Below, in pieces: positions 39,090-52,899 of a stretch of 64,000 nucleotides of DNA. A model generated the notes under the pieces. That model did no database searches. It saw nothing but the letters and a program-made list of their open reading frames with translations, and was not told the origin of the DNA. This DNA is from the human T2T-CHM13v2.0 reference genome, Homo sapiens, in NCBI RefSeq assembly GCF_009914755.1, contig NC_060929.1. The stretch is one strand, 5' to 3'. The translations under genes and the position numbers were made by a program. The first letter of the stretch is position 1, and each line of letters starts with the position of its first letter.

Positions 39090-39415
39090 GTGCTGTGGGG
39101 CTGCTCAGCAGGGCTGGTAGCTGACCGTTGGCTGGAAGTTCAACGGGGCTGATGGCCCAGAATGTCTGCAGGTGGCCTCCCCATGTGGCTTGGGCTTCTC
39201 AGCACATGGCAACTGGGTCCTGAGAGGGGGCATGAGAGAGTGAGTTTCAAGAGACAGGGGTGGAAGTTTGAGATGAAGTATGATCTATCCATGGCTGATA
39301 GTGAGTGTCATCTCCTTGGCATTCTGTCAGTCAAGCAAGTCACAAAGCCTGGCTGAGATTTTAGTGGAAGAAATAAACTGCAAGAAGAGTAGTGAATTGG
39401 GGGCCATCTTTAACA
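39090..39415 (-). mobile_element. MLT1 (F-H-like) LTR fragment
   Basis: ggcctccccatgtggcttgggcttctcagcacatggc...agcaagtcacaaagcc. Confidence 0.7.
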
Positions 39416-40300
39416 CAGTAGGTATTATGAGCCCTATTTGACATATTTTATACCAAATTAACTTGCTTGAAGCAATCTAGTGAGCAAGTGCCAGAACTGA
39501 ATTGAATTGGAACATAGGTTTGCTGACTCAAAACACAGTATTCTTATACCAGGTCCCTCTTATCTTAGCCAGGTCCCTCTCCTGGCTATCTTGTTTTGCT
39601 GTAATTATCTCCCATGGCCCTACTCAAGACAAACAGCATACTTAATCCATACCAGAAGGTCTGCCATTCTAGGTCTCAAATGAAAAAAGAGGGGCAGCCC
39701 CTCCTCAGACCCTGAGAGGCTTTGACCCCAATTGCCCCTTTAAGTAGCACCCGTTCTATCTCCATGCCTTCTGGGATACTCCATTGCCAGCCACAGTCCC
39801 ACATGCTTGAGACAGTAGAGTGAGGGACAGAACAGAAGAAAATGGTGAAGGATGCTGGGAAACTCCTTCTTGCTGGGAACCTTGTCCTTGGAAGGGGTTG
39901 GGGTGTAGAGGATGGGCATCTACAGGGTGTTGCTGAAAAACTGTCAGGGGGCACTTCATGTTGGTGCCGTGGTCAATGGCCAGAAGTCCCCTCTTATCAA
40001 TGGCCAGATGCCAACTCATTGATGATACAGGACAGGGGCTGCCATCTTGAATCTCTTGGGCAATGCTTGGCTGAGCCTTCCCCTGATGCCTTTAGGATTG
40101 CATTCATCCACTGAGTGCAGGCTTTGGGGCCCATGAGTGGCCCAGGGGTGAGGCAGAGGTGGCCTCTGGCTGCTTGGTTCTGCCTTCTCCACTGTTGTCT
40201 CATCACTCCCATGTTGCTCCTTTCTTCTTCCTCTGAGCCCCTTGAGTGGTCTCCCTCCCGCTTTGTCCCATCACTCTAAAGTTAAGATTTGAGGAATGGC

Positions 40301-40763
40301 TGAATGAGTCAGTGTTCTCCAGAGAAACAACCAACAGGATGTACACACAGAAAAAGATTTATTCTAAGGAATTGGCTCAAATGATTATTAATGGCAAGCC
40401 CCAATATCTGTAGGGTAAGTTAGCAGGCTAGAGACCTGGGAGAGCTGATGGTGTAGTTCCAAACCAAGTTGGAGGCCCTGAAAACCAGGAGAGCCAATGT
40501 TTCCATTTCAGTCTGAAGGCAGGAACAATTCTCCCTTACTCAGAGGAGAGTCAGCCTTTTTGTTCTATTCAGGCACTCAACTGATTGGTGGAGTGCCCCC
40601 CAATTCCCCACGTTGGGGAGGACACTCTGCTTTACTCAGTCTGCAGATTCAAATGTTAGTCTTATGCAGAAGCACCCTCATAGACACACCTAGAACTGTG
40701 CTTGGCCAAATGTCTGGACACACTGTGGCCCAGTCAAGTTGACACATAAAGTTCAGTATCACA
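40301..40763 (-). mobile_element. MLT2 (ERVL) LTR
   Basis: gttctccagagaaacaaccaacagga...aaggaattggctca...ggcccagtcaagttgacacataaa. Confidence 0.88.
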
Positions 40764-41282
40764 ATAGTCACCATGTGCATCTTTGCTGGAAGTGGAGCCT
40801 GGGGTGGAGAAATGTTCCTATAAAGCACAAGGAGAAAACCAAGGCCCCTGGGCTGGCAGGTGAACCATCAGCACTGGTTGCTGTAAAATTACAAGGGACT
40901 CTCCAAATCTTTCCCCCAGTGATTCTATTTTGCCTTCAGCACAAAATCACGTCTTTGCCTCCCAAAACGTCTCATTGCCTCTTCTGTGTTCAGCTTGTCT
41001 CTGACCACTTTTACTGCCCTGCTCCACCATCCTTCTATACCCACCTACTCTCAGCTCCTGACTGTGCTGGGTGTATTCACACCTCCAGGCCTTTGAATGT
41101 GCTGTTCTCTCTGCCTGGAACACCCTTACCTACCTTCTCCACCTGGCAACCTGTATTTGTCTTTCAAGATTTAGCTTAAGTATTATTAAATGAGTTAATA
41201 ATTATAATGCATCCAGAACCTGGCACAGGCACTGTTTAAATGTTTGAAACTATGAGTATTGGTATTCAGATTTATATCACCT

Positions 41283-41730
41283 TATTCATTCATTCAGTTA
41301 ACAAATATGTGTCAGGTGCTATACTAGGTGCTGAGATACAGGAGTCAAGGTGTACATGGTTCTATGGAGCATGTATTTCAAGAGAGGAGACAGACAAAAA
41401 TCCAAGTAAAGAGACAAATACATAAAATACATTAAAACTGTGGCAATATGAAGAAAGAAACCAACAAGCAATATATACAGAAAATAATGAAAGTGGCTCT
41501 CCTTTGATAGGTCGTTGAGGATGATCTGATTAACACATTTGGGCCAAGACATGACAGATGAGAAGGAAAAAGTCACACCCATAAGGATCGGGGGACAGTT
41601 ATCTAGAGAGAGAAATGGCAGGGCAGAGGCCCTGAGTGTAGCCTGGGTGTTTGAAGAACTGATGAAAGGCATAAGGAACCAGAACAGAACATGCGAGTGA
41701 AAGGACAAGGACAAGGTTGGAGAAAGCTGG
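41283..41730 (-). mobile_element. L2 3' region
   Basis: attcattcattcagttaacaaata...ctaggtgctgagataca...gcctgggtgtttgaagaac. Confidence 0.75.
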
Positions 41731-43064
41731 GTCTGCCTTCTCTAACTTCCCAGGTGTGCCTTTACCACTGACTTCACAGGGGCTGTCAGCCTGGCTTTGC
41801 ACTGGCCTGGAGACTCCCTGAGGGCACAGACTGTCTGTCTCAGAACTGAGAGCAGGCTTGGCAACTAGAAGACACTCAGTCAATTTTGCTAAAGGACTTA
41901 ACACAGTCTTTGACTTTTAGCTATGCCAGGTGTGCTCCCCAAGGAAACTGAGCCCTGGAGGATGGAGACTCTGTCTACACGCCTCTTCATCTCTGCATCT
42001 CTGGCTCCCAGCCTGAGCCGCGACATAGTAGATACTCATTAACACCTGCTGTTCGCATGAGTAAATTTTACTTTATTTGGCTCCTTCATGGCTTCCAGAG
42101 CAGAGCTGGGCAGAGTTGATGACCAACAAGTACTTTCTATATGATGAATGGTCCACAGTGAGTTGGGCTTAAGCTTTACTTCTGGAGGAGAATGTGACAG
42201 AACGGAACAGGAGAGAAGGCCAAGGGCATGAAGGATGGCAAGGTTTCCCATGAAGGTAGATGGCAGCTTCATATTTATGAAAAGTTATGCACTGAGCTGT
42301 CACCCCAACTATGCAGATAACATTTATGCTTCTGTTTTCAGGACTCGTCTGTTATGCTTTTCAATGATTAGCCATTCTTATACTTGGGCTAGCTCTGCCC
42401 CCTCCCTCTCCCCATTTTATTCATGTATGTGTGTATCTGATTCTAAGTGAATGGAGCGTAAGTTTCCCTTTGAGGATTTTTTTTTCTTTTGGAATTATGT
42501 AGTTTTATAAGTATATTGTCTTTACTTCTGCATTAAACTAGTTTACTAAACTGTTTCTGGAAAACAAAACCACAACTTTGGTTTGTTTCACAGTTCATTT
42601 AAACAACAGCATTTGTTGCTCCCATTTAAGCAAAAAGGGAATATTTAGTCTCTTTTTTAGGCTGGCAGCTCAGCAAATTACAGAAGGATGGTTTGCTGTG
42701 GTTTTGGGTTTCTCTTTAAGTTCCTGATTGAGGCACAGATGTTGGAAAATGGTGGGGAGGGGGGTCCCTAAATATGGGGGGAGTGGTAGGAGGTTTCTGA
42801 ATGGCAGGAAGCAGGCTGCTTGGCTTGAAGGACAGCAGAGGAGGAGACCTAAAGGGAATCAACAGAAGCAGCAAAATTCTGTGGCCCTTCATGGCAACAC
42901 AAAAGCTTCAGGGTCAAGAGGCAGAGAAAGCATTTTTAAAAATATGATCTGTGAGTATAATGACTGTAAGTTAGCTGTTTGAAACTTGAGATGGTTTAGG
43001 GCTATATTGTTATTTATTTATTTCTCCATATTTTTCCAGGAAGAATTTTGAAATATTTAGCTGC

Positions 43065-43212
43065 TCATCACCTGCTGAGGAACTTTAAAGAATCGATGTG
43101 TGGTCTAACTCCAAGGTCCTGATGCCCTTGGTCTGTGGTGTCATTTGGACATCAGGATTTTTAAAAGCTCCTCAGATGATTTTGAAGTGCAGGCAATTTC
43201 AAGGTCACTGAT
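43065..43212. mobile_element. MER5-family (hAT-Charlie)
   Basis: atcacctgctgaggaactttaaa...tttttaaaagctcctcagatgattttgaagtgcag. Confidence 0.65.
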
Positions 43213-44671
43213 TTAAGTGACATATAAAACCAGATACAATGCAAAAAAGGCAAAATAGAATCAGTAATAAATGGATGAAGAAATTAAGACAGTGGAGAAA
43301 TGCAGGTAGAAAAGAGAAGTGGAAGCCAGCGGTGAGGTGATAATATCGAGTTTTAGGTCCATATGATGAATGAGAAGAAGGTTCTCAGGAGAAGTCTCAC
43401 AGTCTCTGGTCCTGAGACCATAGAGAAAGTTATCTGGTTATTCACCATAAAAAGTGAATTGTGTACAGTTTAGCAAAGATCTTTAAGGATAGAAGTCTAC
43501 CACCTTCAGTTCTGACAGCATGAAGCTCTCCCAGGTGCATAATGGACTTTGAGTTTTTAAATCAATTGGGTACACAAAAGAAGGTGCTTTGACATATGCT
43601 GGCCATGCTGTGAAAATCTCAGGGGAAAGTAGGGCTTTAGATACTGACCCGGATTTGAGCAGCTAACAACCTTCTTTACCAAACTTGCAGCTTGGGATAA
43701 TCATGTTCCAAGATTTAAAGATGGAATATAGTGTGTTAGTGAGGAATTTGACTTCCTGTGTACCACTTACCTATTATGTGATCCTGGCCATGATAGTTAA
43801 CATTTCTGAGTCTCAGTTATTTAATTTCTAAAGTGGATATAATCATGGTAACTATGATAATAACATTATTTTGATGTTTAAGGGAGATAAACCATGTAAA
43901 TAATATGGAATAATCTCAGCATGTAGAAAATGTCCAGAAATGCTACCTATTATGAATACTGTCATCTTCCCTCACTGATCTGGCTAAACTCAGGTTTTCT
44001 CATACAGGATTTTCTCAAAGCAAAGAGTAATTAAAATGTTATTTAAATTTCATACAATCCTAACTGGACTCCCCTGGTTTATTCAGGTGGCCTGGGGTGA
44101 AACCTGGACATTGGTTTGTTAAAAAACAAAAAAACTAAAAACAAAACTCTCCAGATGATTCTGAAGTGCAGCGCAGGCTGAGAAGCAGTCTTGGCATCTG
44201 ATTTTATTTTAGCTGCTCTCCTAATAGCTTCCAGCTGCCCCTTCAGCAATCTAGTCTTCAGGCTTATCTGAGACCCACTTCACAACTGCTCAGATTCTAG
44301 ACAACTGCCTTTTGCTTTCACAGTTTTTGTTTTTCTTGTCCAAGGTAAACATGGATTATTACTTTTATTTAATTGTTTTTTTAATTATCATTTTTTTCTA
44401 ATTATAAGAATCCATGTTAACTTTGGTTCCCTACCCAGAGATAAATACTGCAACGAGTATGTTACATTTTCATCTAATCTTTGGTTTGCACCAATGTTGT
44501 AAAAATGCAAGTTTTAAAATTGCAGAATTGATTTTGAAATCTGCTTTTTTTGCTTAACTTTTTATCAGAAGCAAAGTCTCATATGCTAAGGATTTTTGAA
44601 AGCATAATGATTTTTTCTTGTTCATGATTCTGACGTCTCTCACTGTATTTTACCATTTCTTTATTATCAGT

Positions 44672-45136
44672 TGTATTAGCTCCCTAGGGCTGCTGTAACA
44701 AAGCACCACAGACTGGGTAGCTTAAAGCCACAGAAATTTATTCCCACTGTCCTGGAGGCTGGAAGTCCAAAATCAAGGTGTAGGCAGGCTTGGTTCCTTC
44801 CAGAAGCTCTGAGGGAGAATCTGTTCCATGCTGCTCTCTTAGCTTCTGACAGTGCCTGACAATCTTTGGTTCCTTGACTTGTAGAAACATCACTGTAATA
44901 TCTGTTTCTGTCTTCCTATGGTGTTCTCTCTGTTTCCTGCTGTGTTTCTATGTCCAAATTTCCTTCTTCTTATAAGGACACCAGTCACTGGATTAGGATT
45001 CACTTTAATATAGTATGACCTCATCTTAACTTGATGACATCTGTAAAGACTGTTTCTAAAGAAGGCCACATTCACAGGTTCTAGGGGTTAGGACTTGAAC
45101 ATATTGTTTCAGGGGACATAATTTAATCCAAGGGCA
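44672..45136 (-). mobile_element. MLT1B/MLT1C LTR
   Basis: tgtattag...gggctgctgtaacaaagcaccacagactggg...ttataaggacaccagtcactggattagg...gacctcatcttaactt. Confidence 0.9.
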
Positions 45137-45714
45137 TCAGCCAACTATTATGTCCACCCATCTTTTTAAGGAACCAGAAAAGTTTTAAAGCTTCTTGTTA
45201 TTTCTATGTGTCAGCTCTCTATAATCTCCCATCCAGCTGCGAGTTCAGACAGGTGCTGAAAAAGCCAGGCCAAGGACAAAAATGGAGGGGAGGTCAATTT
45301 CTGTCCTCTCCAGACACCCACCTTCCTTGGGCAAGCAGGGAGAGGCAAGCTCTGTGGGGGTGGCCCTAGGGAAGTGCAGGAGGGGACAGATAAGGAAGGG
45401 ATGAAAGCCACAGGTGGTGGCGGGAGCAGGGCTGAGGGCTTCCTGCAGCTGCTCAGCCACCTGGCTAGACAGTTGTTCTCCCTATCGGGGAGCTATGTAA
45501 GGCAAGGACTGCTTGACTTATCACAGCCTTGCTTAGGATGCCAAAATCCCTGGTCAAACCTGTCAATTCACTTCAGCAACTGTTCTCAGGGCTGGGGAGA
45601 GTGGGATTGGAGGTGTAGAATCACCAAACTGGTTGTTTATAGTGACTGCCTTCTTTAGACAAGAATTGACCCAAGTGTACCAAATGTTACTGATTCAGCT
45701 GGGATGGTTTAGTG

Positions 45715-46058
45715 CAGGGGTCACTTACAACAGCCTGCAGCCCAAATCTGGTCTGCTGCCTGCTTTGTACAGGGAGCTAAGAAAGATTTTTTTACACATG
45801 AACATTTGCAATTATTTGGTCATAGGGAACACTAACTTCGAACCCCAAATAAGCAAAATGTTATCCCCACAAATGAATTTCATGTTTCTCATTATTAGAC
45901 CTGTATTATAAAAAAATCATACTCAATGATTATTATCATATTTTGAATTTCATCAATAAAATTTTGTGAGAATTGGTTTTCTATCTTGTCAGGTAAGTAC
46001 CTAAATTATAGCTTCAATTTTACTTCTTGGCTTGCAAGTCTACAATTTAATCCCTGGT
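45715..46058 (+). mobile_element. MER58-family / Cheshire-derived hAT element
   Basis: cagggg terminus; cccaaatctggtctgctgcctg; gggaacactaacttcgaaccccaaataagcaaaatgttatcccc. Confidence 0.7.
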
Positions 46059-46074
46059 CTAGTCAGGTAGCCTC

Positions 46075-46256
46075 AAACACCAACAACACACACCAGAGAA
46101 CGCTGAAAGGCTCTTAGAAACACAGATTGCTGGGCCCCAGCCCTGGGGTTTCTGATTCAGTAAGTCTGGGGTGGGACCCAGGAATGTCCATTTCTAGCAA
46201 GTTTCTAGATGCTGTGGATGCTGCTGGTTGGGAGCCACATTTTGAGAACCTCTGGT
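46075..46256. mobile_element. MER5A
   Basis: cagattgctgggccccagccctggggtttctgattcagtaagtctggggtgggacccaggaatg...tttgagaacc. Confidence 0.85.
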
Positions 46257-46304
46257 TTAGTCAATCGATCAGTTAACAAACATTGCTCTAAGAAGCAACA
46301 TCTC

Positions 46305-46505
46305 GTAGTGTTCACAAGACTAGATGCGAGAATCAGAACGGCATCATTTCTCGATTCTGCCACTAACTAACTCTGTGATCTTGGGCATGTTATTTATGTT
46401 TCCTGAGCCTTCTCGTTTCCTCGTTTGTAAAATGGGGATAATGCAAGTTGCCTACCTCACAAGGGTTGTAAAGATTTAAATGAAATCAAGCTTGTAAAGC
46501 TGTTC
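46305..46505 (+). mobile_element. MIR
   Basis: ctgccactaactaactctgtgatcttgggca...tttcctcgtttgtaaaatggggataat. Confidence 0.75.
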
Positions 46506-47494
46506 ACACACATTGGCTAGTTTTCAAACCCCTGCCCTCAGACAAACTTACAATTTGGGGCTGTGGAAATGAGACTAACTTTAGTGAACAGTACCGAGTG
46601 CTGAGGGCTGTGAACAGGAAGCTCAGAGGAACAGTCCTGCAGAGCTTCCTGTAGGAAGTGAGGGATGAGCTGAGCATATGAGAGGGATGGGAAAGCAAGT
46701 GGGACAATTTGTGAGACTTGGAGATGGAAATGAGATTGGCATGCTTTTTGGACAGAGGATTTCAGACTGCCCGGTGGGTAGGAAGAGCTGCCAAGTGGTA
46801 TGGGAGGCAGAGGAATAGTTGTGCCAGCTTCTGGAGGTCCAGTGAGAGTTTCACGGTGCAGATGCAGTGTGTGTGGGCAAGACTTTGGAGTCCTAAAAAC
46901 TGCTCTTGGGATTTCATTAAAACTTGGGAGGTTGGGGAAGCTGAAATGCCCTATTTCTCAAACCCCAGCTCCACTTCTTGGGGCTGCTCAGTGGGCGGGC
47001 CTCATCCCCATGTCTCCATTCTGTTTACCCCACATGCATTCCTGTTGTTTGGTTAGAGCTGCTGCCTGGCAGAGAAGCTTGGGAAGCTTTGCTCTGTCTT
47101 CTAAGAAACAGGAAGTCATTATTTGCCCAAAGCAAACAAACTCACAAACTGCAGGGTTCATGTTCAGTCCAAAGCTGGAGTCCCAGGAGGTGAGCGTGTG
47201 GGCCAAGGATGTGGGGATCTGAGCAAAGAATCCTTTCCCTTCCCCTCCTCCCCTGGCCAAATCAACAACTGCCATCTTTTCATAGTAGTGATTTGCAGGA
47301 AACCTGAGCTAAGTAATCCACACACAATGTATAGATGCTGAGCTGCACTTTCTTCCCCAGACAGCATCCATTCCCAAGTGAGGCTTTTCTTCCCATGACA
47401 TCAGCAAAACCATTTCCATTATTCCTGGAATTGGAGGATAATTAACCTTCCACATGCCCTGTTTCTTTCATCTAGGAAAAGAGAAGAAGGGAAT

Positions 47495-47720
47495 GAGCAT
47501 GTATTGGAAACCCACTGTGTGCCCTGCCCTGTGCTTGGCACCAACCTTGCCTAGGCTACTTCACTGAAATCTTGCAACAACCCTGTCAAATAGACACTAT
47601 TGTTTGCAATCTACAGATGAGAAAAAACCAAGGCTCTGAAAGAATGGGTCACTTTCTCAATGTCACTGAGTAGAGCTGCCATTTGAATTCATGTCTGGCC
47701 AATTCTGCATGCAGTCAATG
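47495..47720 (-). mobile_element. MIR
   Basis: caacaaccctgtcaaatag...tacagatgagaaaaaaccaaggctc. Confidence 0.65.
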
Positions 47721-48144
47721 CCATGTGGTTCCCTGTTACTTTTAGAGTTCCTGCTAATGCCTTCTCTCCCCCCTAGACCTCCTTGAAAAAGTGTTGTTTT
47801 TAAAAAGTCCCATTTCTTAAAAAATGGGACTTAACAGCTTTTCAGCGGCATTTGTACTTCATGAGGCTGATGAAATAGACCCTGTCTTACTTAGGTGGGG
47901 CTTGCAGGAGAAAATTTTGAGAGAATGGTGGCCCTTGAAGAACATGTCATATGAAAAGGATGCTTAAAAGGACAAAGTCTACCAGATTCACTATTTACCT
48001 TATTCAGGCAGAGCAGAGGGAGGCAGTGGGTAGAGGGGAACTGTGGGAGCACATCCCCAATCTCCTGGTGGTGTGGAGAAGGCCTGTACCTAACCTGGGC
48101 TTGTATAAACCACGTATTCAAAGCACGACTTTTTAAAATATATA

Positions 48145-48320
48145 GAGCATGGCGGCCTCTGGAGCTAGAATGCTTGGGTTCAAATCTTGGCTTTGCAATT
48201 CACTCGCTGTGTGCCTTTTCAGCACCTCAGTTTCTTCATCTGTAAAATGGGGAAGAAATAGTTCCTACTTCACAGGGGTGTAAAATGCTTATAAAAAGGG
48301 CCTGGAACATGTGACCATGG
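48145..48320 (+). mobile_element. MIR
   Basis: ctctggagctagaatgcttgggttcaaatc...cctcagtttcttcatctgtaaaatgggg. Confidence 0.8.
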
Positions 48321-48974
48321 GACTCAGGAGCTGCTGGAATGCAGGAAGAGGGTAGCCTCCCCTCCCAGCCTGGGAGTGAGGGGCCCCTGCCCAAACCTGA
48401 AGCTCTACTGGCTCCCTGCCCTGGACCCATCCCAAGACCCACACAGATCAACTGGGTGTGATCTCAGTAAGGCCAAATCTTTCTTCTTGACAGATCTTTG
48501 GCCTATTGTAGCAAAACCTCTCAGGCCAAACCCTTGAAATATTTAAGTATGTTTGTTCTAAACAATTAATTATTAATGAGTCGTAGTCTTCAACATTATA
48601 TCAGTTTCTCCATTCAGGCTTTAAGATGAAAAGCAGGAACTGCAACCAAGATTGGAAAATGAAAAAGAGACAAAAAGATCTCTTTTGTGCTCATCTTCTC
48701 CAACTTTATAGCAACCCCCTCCCCACCTGGCTTCTCATGTTCTCTGTGGTTTGCCCTGCCTGGCTTAGGTTTTCTGCCACAGGGAGGGCCCAGCTGATGG
48801 GTGGAGTGTTATGAACTTGGAGCTGTGGTTGGCATGAGTACCTGAGAGACTGAGGAGGGACTCTTTGAGATATTACTTCTTTACCTCTACCTGAAGAATT
48901 CTTCAATTAACAAGACAATACTTATAATTATATAATAAGCTGAGTCTTCATAATGCTCATTACTGGTCAGTAAC

Positions 48975-48976
<2 letters not shown>

Positions 48977-49017
<41 letters not shown>
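48977..49017. repeat. (AAT)n microsatellite, about 13 units
   Basis: taataataataat... Confidence 0.95.
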
Positions 49018-49127
49018 TCAATGATGATTGCAATTTTTTATGCTTACTACATCCCAGGCATGCTACTAAGCATGTAAGTATGATGTTATCAGTGAGGTCT
49101 TTCTATTGCAAGTGATGGAGAACCCAG

Positions 49128-49611
49128 ACACAGCAGATGCTGCTGGTGCCCACCATACCCTCTTGGGCCCATCATTTCTGTGTCTACCAACTCAACTTCC
49201 AGCTGCCAGCTCCTGCAACTCTTTGAGGGCCTTTTCTGGAAGCAGAAGCCCATTGCCTATGTGCGGGTCTGGCCAGAGTGGTAGGGAGGTAATGCCCTTC
49301 ACCCTACCCTAGAGCAGCCCTCAACAAATGACAGATGGAACCTGGTGGGTCAAGACCGCTTCCCTTGGCCTCAGGTGGGACAACTCCAGGGTGGTGTGAT
49401 TTGCAGTTTCCCAGAGCTCCTCCCCAGAATTATGTTCCAGCTTCTCCCAGTGGCACTGGTGGAATAAGGGAAAATGCACTGGCTTCCTTCCCTCCCCTGG
49501 CTCACGCCCCGCTCTTCCTCCTCCTGTGTTTCCTGGGGTCATCTCCCAAATAAACTACTTGTAGTTGAGTTTTTGCCTTAGGGTCGGCTTCTGGGGAAAA
49601 TAAACAAAAAC
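49128..49611 (+). mobile_element. LTR16C-like LTR inserted in an older MLT1K-like LTR (host parts ~49085-49127 and ~49612-50095)
   Basis: gcagccctcaacaaatgac...cctcaggtgggacaactc...catctcccaaataaactacttg...ggcttctgggga; host ttgcaagtgatggagaaccca continues after the insertion as aaactgtcttaag..aggaatgtattagctcacg. Confidence 0.7.
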
Positions 49612-51534
49612 TCCCGAATTAAACTGTCTTAAGATTAAAAAAGGAATGTATTAGCTCACGTAATAAAAAGTGTAGCTTCAGGATTGGCTCAATTCAGGGT
49701 TCAAATGCTGTTCACTCCCCTACCCCCACATCCACCCCCATTCTCCTCTTCTGGTTTTGTACCTTCCAGTTTTCTAGAAGCTCTCCAGGCAGCTTCAGGG
49801 CCACATTATCACAATGGCCAAACCGGGGGCAGAGCAAGGCCAACTCCTTGATATAAAATCCTGGAGAGACTTGAGTCCTATTGGTCTGGACTGGCCAGAC
49901 ATGAGCCATGGGCCACTCTTAAAGCAGTCCTGGTGGCCAGGCAGGTGGTGTGTGGAGGTTGCCCATCCTGAGCCAGGTGTTCTGCCCCTGGGAGGTCTGA
50001 GGCTGAGGGTTGGGGAGGGGTGGTTCCTCAGGGAAGAAAGGGAGAGTAGTTACTCTGGAGGGACCTGGCTGGCAAAAACAGCAGGTAGCCACCCATATTC
50101 ATGCACTGTGCATTTCTTCACCTGTAAGTTGGCTTTCTGTCCACTCACAGGTGAGTCTACCGAGGCTTGGGACAGTTATTTGTCCAAGGCCATTCAACTG
50201 AAAAGGGGCAGAGGAGTGACCTGGGCCCCCTGATGCAGCTGTTCCCAACACTCTTTCTCTGGTACCTATATTGACTTAAATGCATTTTAACTTAAAACTC
50301 ATGAACATGCATTTATTTCCCATCCTTTTGCTTTAGGACCAAACCTCGTTTTTCAGTGTGGACTCTACTTATTCCAGATTCCCCCATCCTTCTGGTATAA
50401 AACATTCTTGAAATACCTTGTCTATGATTTCTAACGTCAGTGTCTTTAGATGGAGAACTTAAAATGCTTGGTAAACAATCTGAGTCTGGAATTCTTTTAG
50501 ATGTTCACATGCCTCTCCTCAATCTTTTACATTTGTCTCCCTCCATTGCTATCTAATTTGACAGTAATCTTTTTTGGAAACTTGCCTTCATTGAGCTTTT
50601 CCAAAGCAATCAACTTAATTTTCATGGAAACAAAAAGTTCTCTCTCTCTCTCTTTTTTTTTGTGTGTGTGCTTTACCAGTTTACAGGATAGTTAATTAAA
50701 TTACTTGATCACAGTGACACACACAGCTGGCATTGGTAGGTTTGGGAACACACATAGCCGACTCTTGGTTGGCATGCAGCTCAGCTGGCAGAAGACTGCC
50801 CAGGCTTCCCAGAGGGATGAACTGCAGCTGAGAGGCTCCGCCTGCTGTGGCAGCAGAGGACAGACTGGATGGAGAGGAAAGGGCTTGTTAGCCAACTGGG
50901 CCAGTTGCTTGGGGGAAGCTGTCTGGGAGCATTTTTCCTGGGATATGAAAGGTGCTTCGAAGTGGTGACTGCTAGGAGCCACCACGGGTGTTAGCTATAG
51001 AACATTCCTTCTGTGCAAGCATTCCTGCCTAGTGCTCTGAGAATGTGCGGGAAGAGAGAGCACCACATGCCTTGATTATTCCTAAGGCTGCAGAAATGAC
51101 TTGTCTCTCATTTGATTGAGAGCTTCAATGTCAAGCAAGAACTAAGGTTGGGAAGGTTCTGTGACCTTGTGACTTTTCCGGTGGTCTCAGAGTGTGTATG
51201 CACTTGATGCTCTTTTATGTGTATTGGTGAATAAGGGAAATTTATTTAAGGTCATTACTGCCTATGTATGCTTTTGTGTAAATTAGAAAAAGCTATTCTC
51301 TTTGGATAGATGAGTTAGAAAAAGGTGCTCTCTCTGGACACATAAGCCCTCTTTTCCAGGCCAACACAGCTTCTTGGCAGAGCACGCAGCTTGGCTGGTG
51401 GAGCGTGAACTCAATTGCCACCTTCCTCATCTCCTCATCCAGGTGCCTTTAGGCAGTGCACAAGCTGTACAAAGGCCGGCCTTTGCAATGTTTTAATCTC
51501 TTATTAGTCCCTGGAGTTCTAGGCTGAGGGACAG

Positions 51535-51740
51535 GGTGCAGTAGTGCAAGTGTGGAGGATGCATCTCTACCAGCAGCAGCAGCTGCAGCTGCAGTCCTGG
51601 AAATTTGCTAGAAATGTAAATTCATGGGTGCTGCCCCAGAACTGCTGAATCAGAATCCCTGGGGATGGGGACCAGGCATCTGTGTTTTAGGGTTCCCCCT
51701 AGGTGAGTCCCATGCTTGCCAAGGTTGAGAAACACCGCAG
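51535..51740. mobile_element. MER5A
   Basis: cagcagcagc...ttgctagaaatgtaaatt...ctgaatcagaatccctggggatggggaccaggcatctgtgtttt. Confidence 0.8.
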
Positions 51741-52899
51741 TCCCTGAGCCTGACTAAAACTGCGAGCACAGTGGAGCCTTCCCAGTTGGTGGGTTTGGGT
51801 CCATCTCAGCCTCGTTCCCCTGGCCCCTGGGAGCTCCCACTTGTGCTGGACATGACTTGTGAATATCACCACTGGGCTTGCCTCAACAAGCACAGCCCCT
51901 GCATTTCTCATGACATTTTTACTTCGTGGGAATGAGGAAAACTATTCACTTCCTGGAGCAGAGGAGTCTGACTAACCCTAGGCAGAGCAGGGCCTCACGA
52001 TCTAGAGGGTTGAGTGACCCTCAGAGTTGGGTGGAGAGGACACAGGAGTCTGAGTGAGAGTGTTTAGGAATGTGGGTAAGCAAATTCTCACACCATGGGC
52101 TAGTGCATCCTGCTGCTGGTGTCCTTGAACCAAAGCGAAGGCTTAGGGGATGCTCAGTCCTTGCTTCCCCAAAGAGAACAGCTTCTTTATTCTCTGGGAC
52201 CAGACTGATGTCCTTGTGAGCCCAAGACCATCTCTCCCACTCCATCCCATTCCTCCAAGCAGCACAGATATAACGTGTTTTGTCAATGCTCTCTCTGTCC
52301 TGCTCATTTTAAACTGTCTTCGTCTTGTAGACATTTTATTTCTTTCAAGTCTGAGCCTCTCTGGAGGCTGCTTCGTCTTTCTGCTTCCTTCTTTCTAAAA
52401 TGGCGTGGAGGTGGGGAATGGAATTGTGGCCATTCATCAGCTCAGCGTCTTGAGGATGATGATGAGGATTATGCAGGCAGAATAATGCCTCCCAGAGGCA
52501 GAGAGACCATGGGTGGAGTTTAGACCACCAGAAATCTGTGTTAAAAACTCAGTGAGGTCTAGTGCACACTTTAGTATTTAAAGCAATAGGAATTAGAGGC
52601 ACAAAAAGCAAAGCAAAACAAAACAAAACTCTTTAAATTTGAAAAGAGGAAGAATTGGGCCAGCTTTGTTCTCCTTTCAAGCTCCTGTGAAAAGAACTTT
52701 GAAAGGAGTTGATTACATTGCAGAAATTGAGAGAATTTCCCTACCCTCCCAAAGTGCTGGACTCAGCCCACATACCCCCAGAAGGTGCTGAGACCCCAGG
52801 GCCCACCAGGGAGCACTGAATCCTGTGCTGGACAGAGTGTTTTGTTATTAGAGAGCCGTGGATTCAACAAGGACCACCATTTACATACTTACTGTGCGA

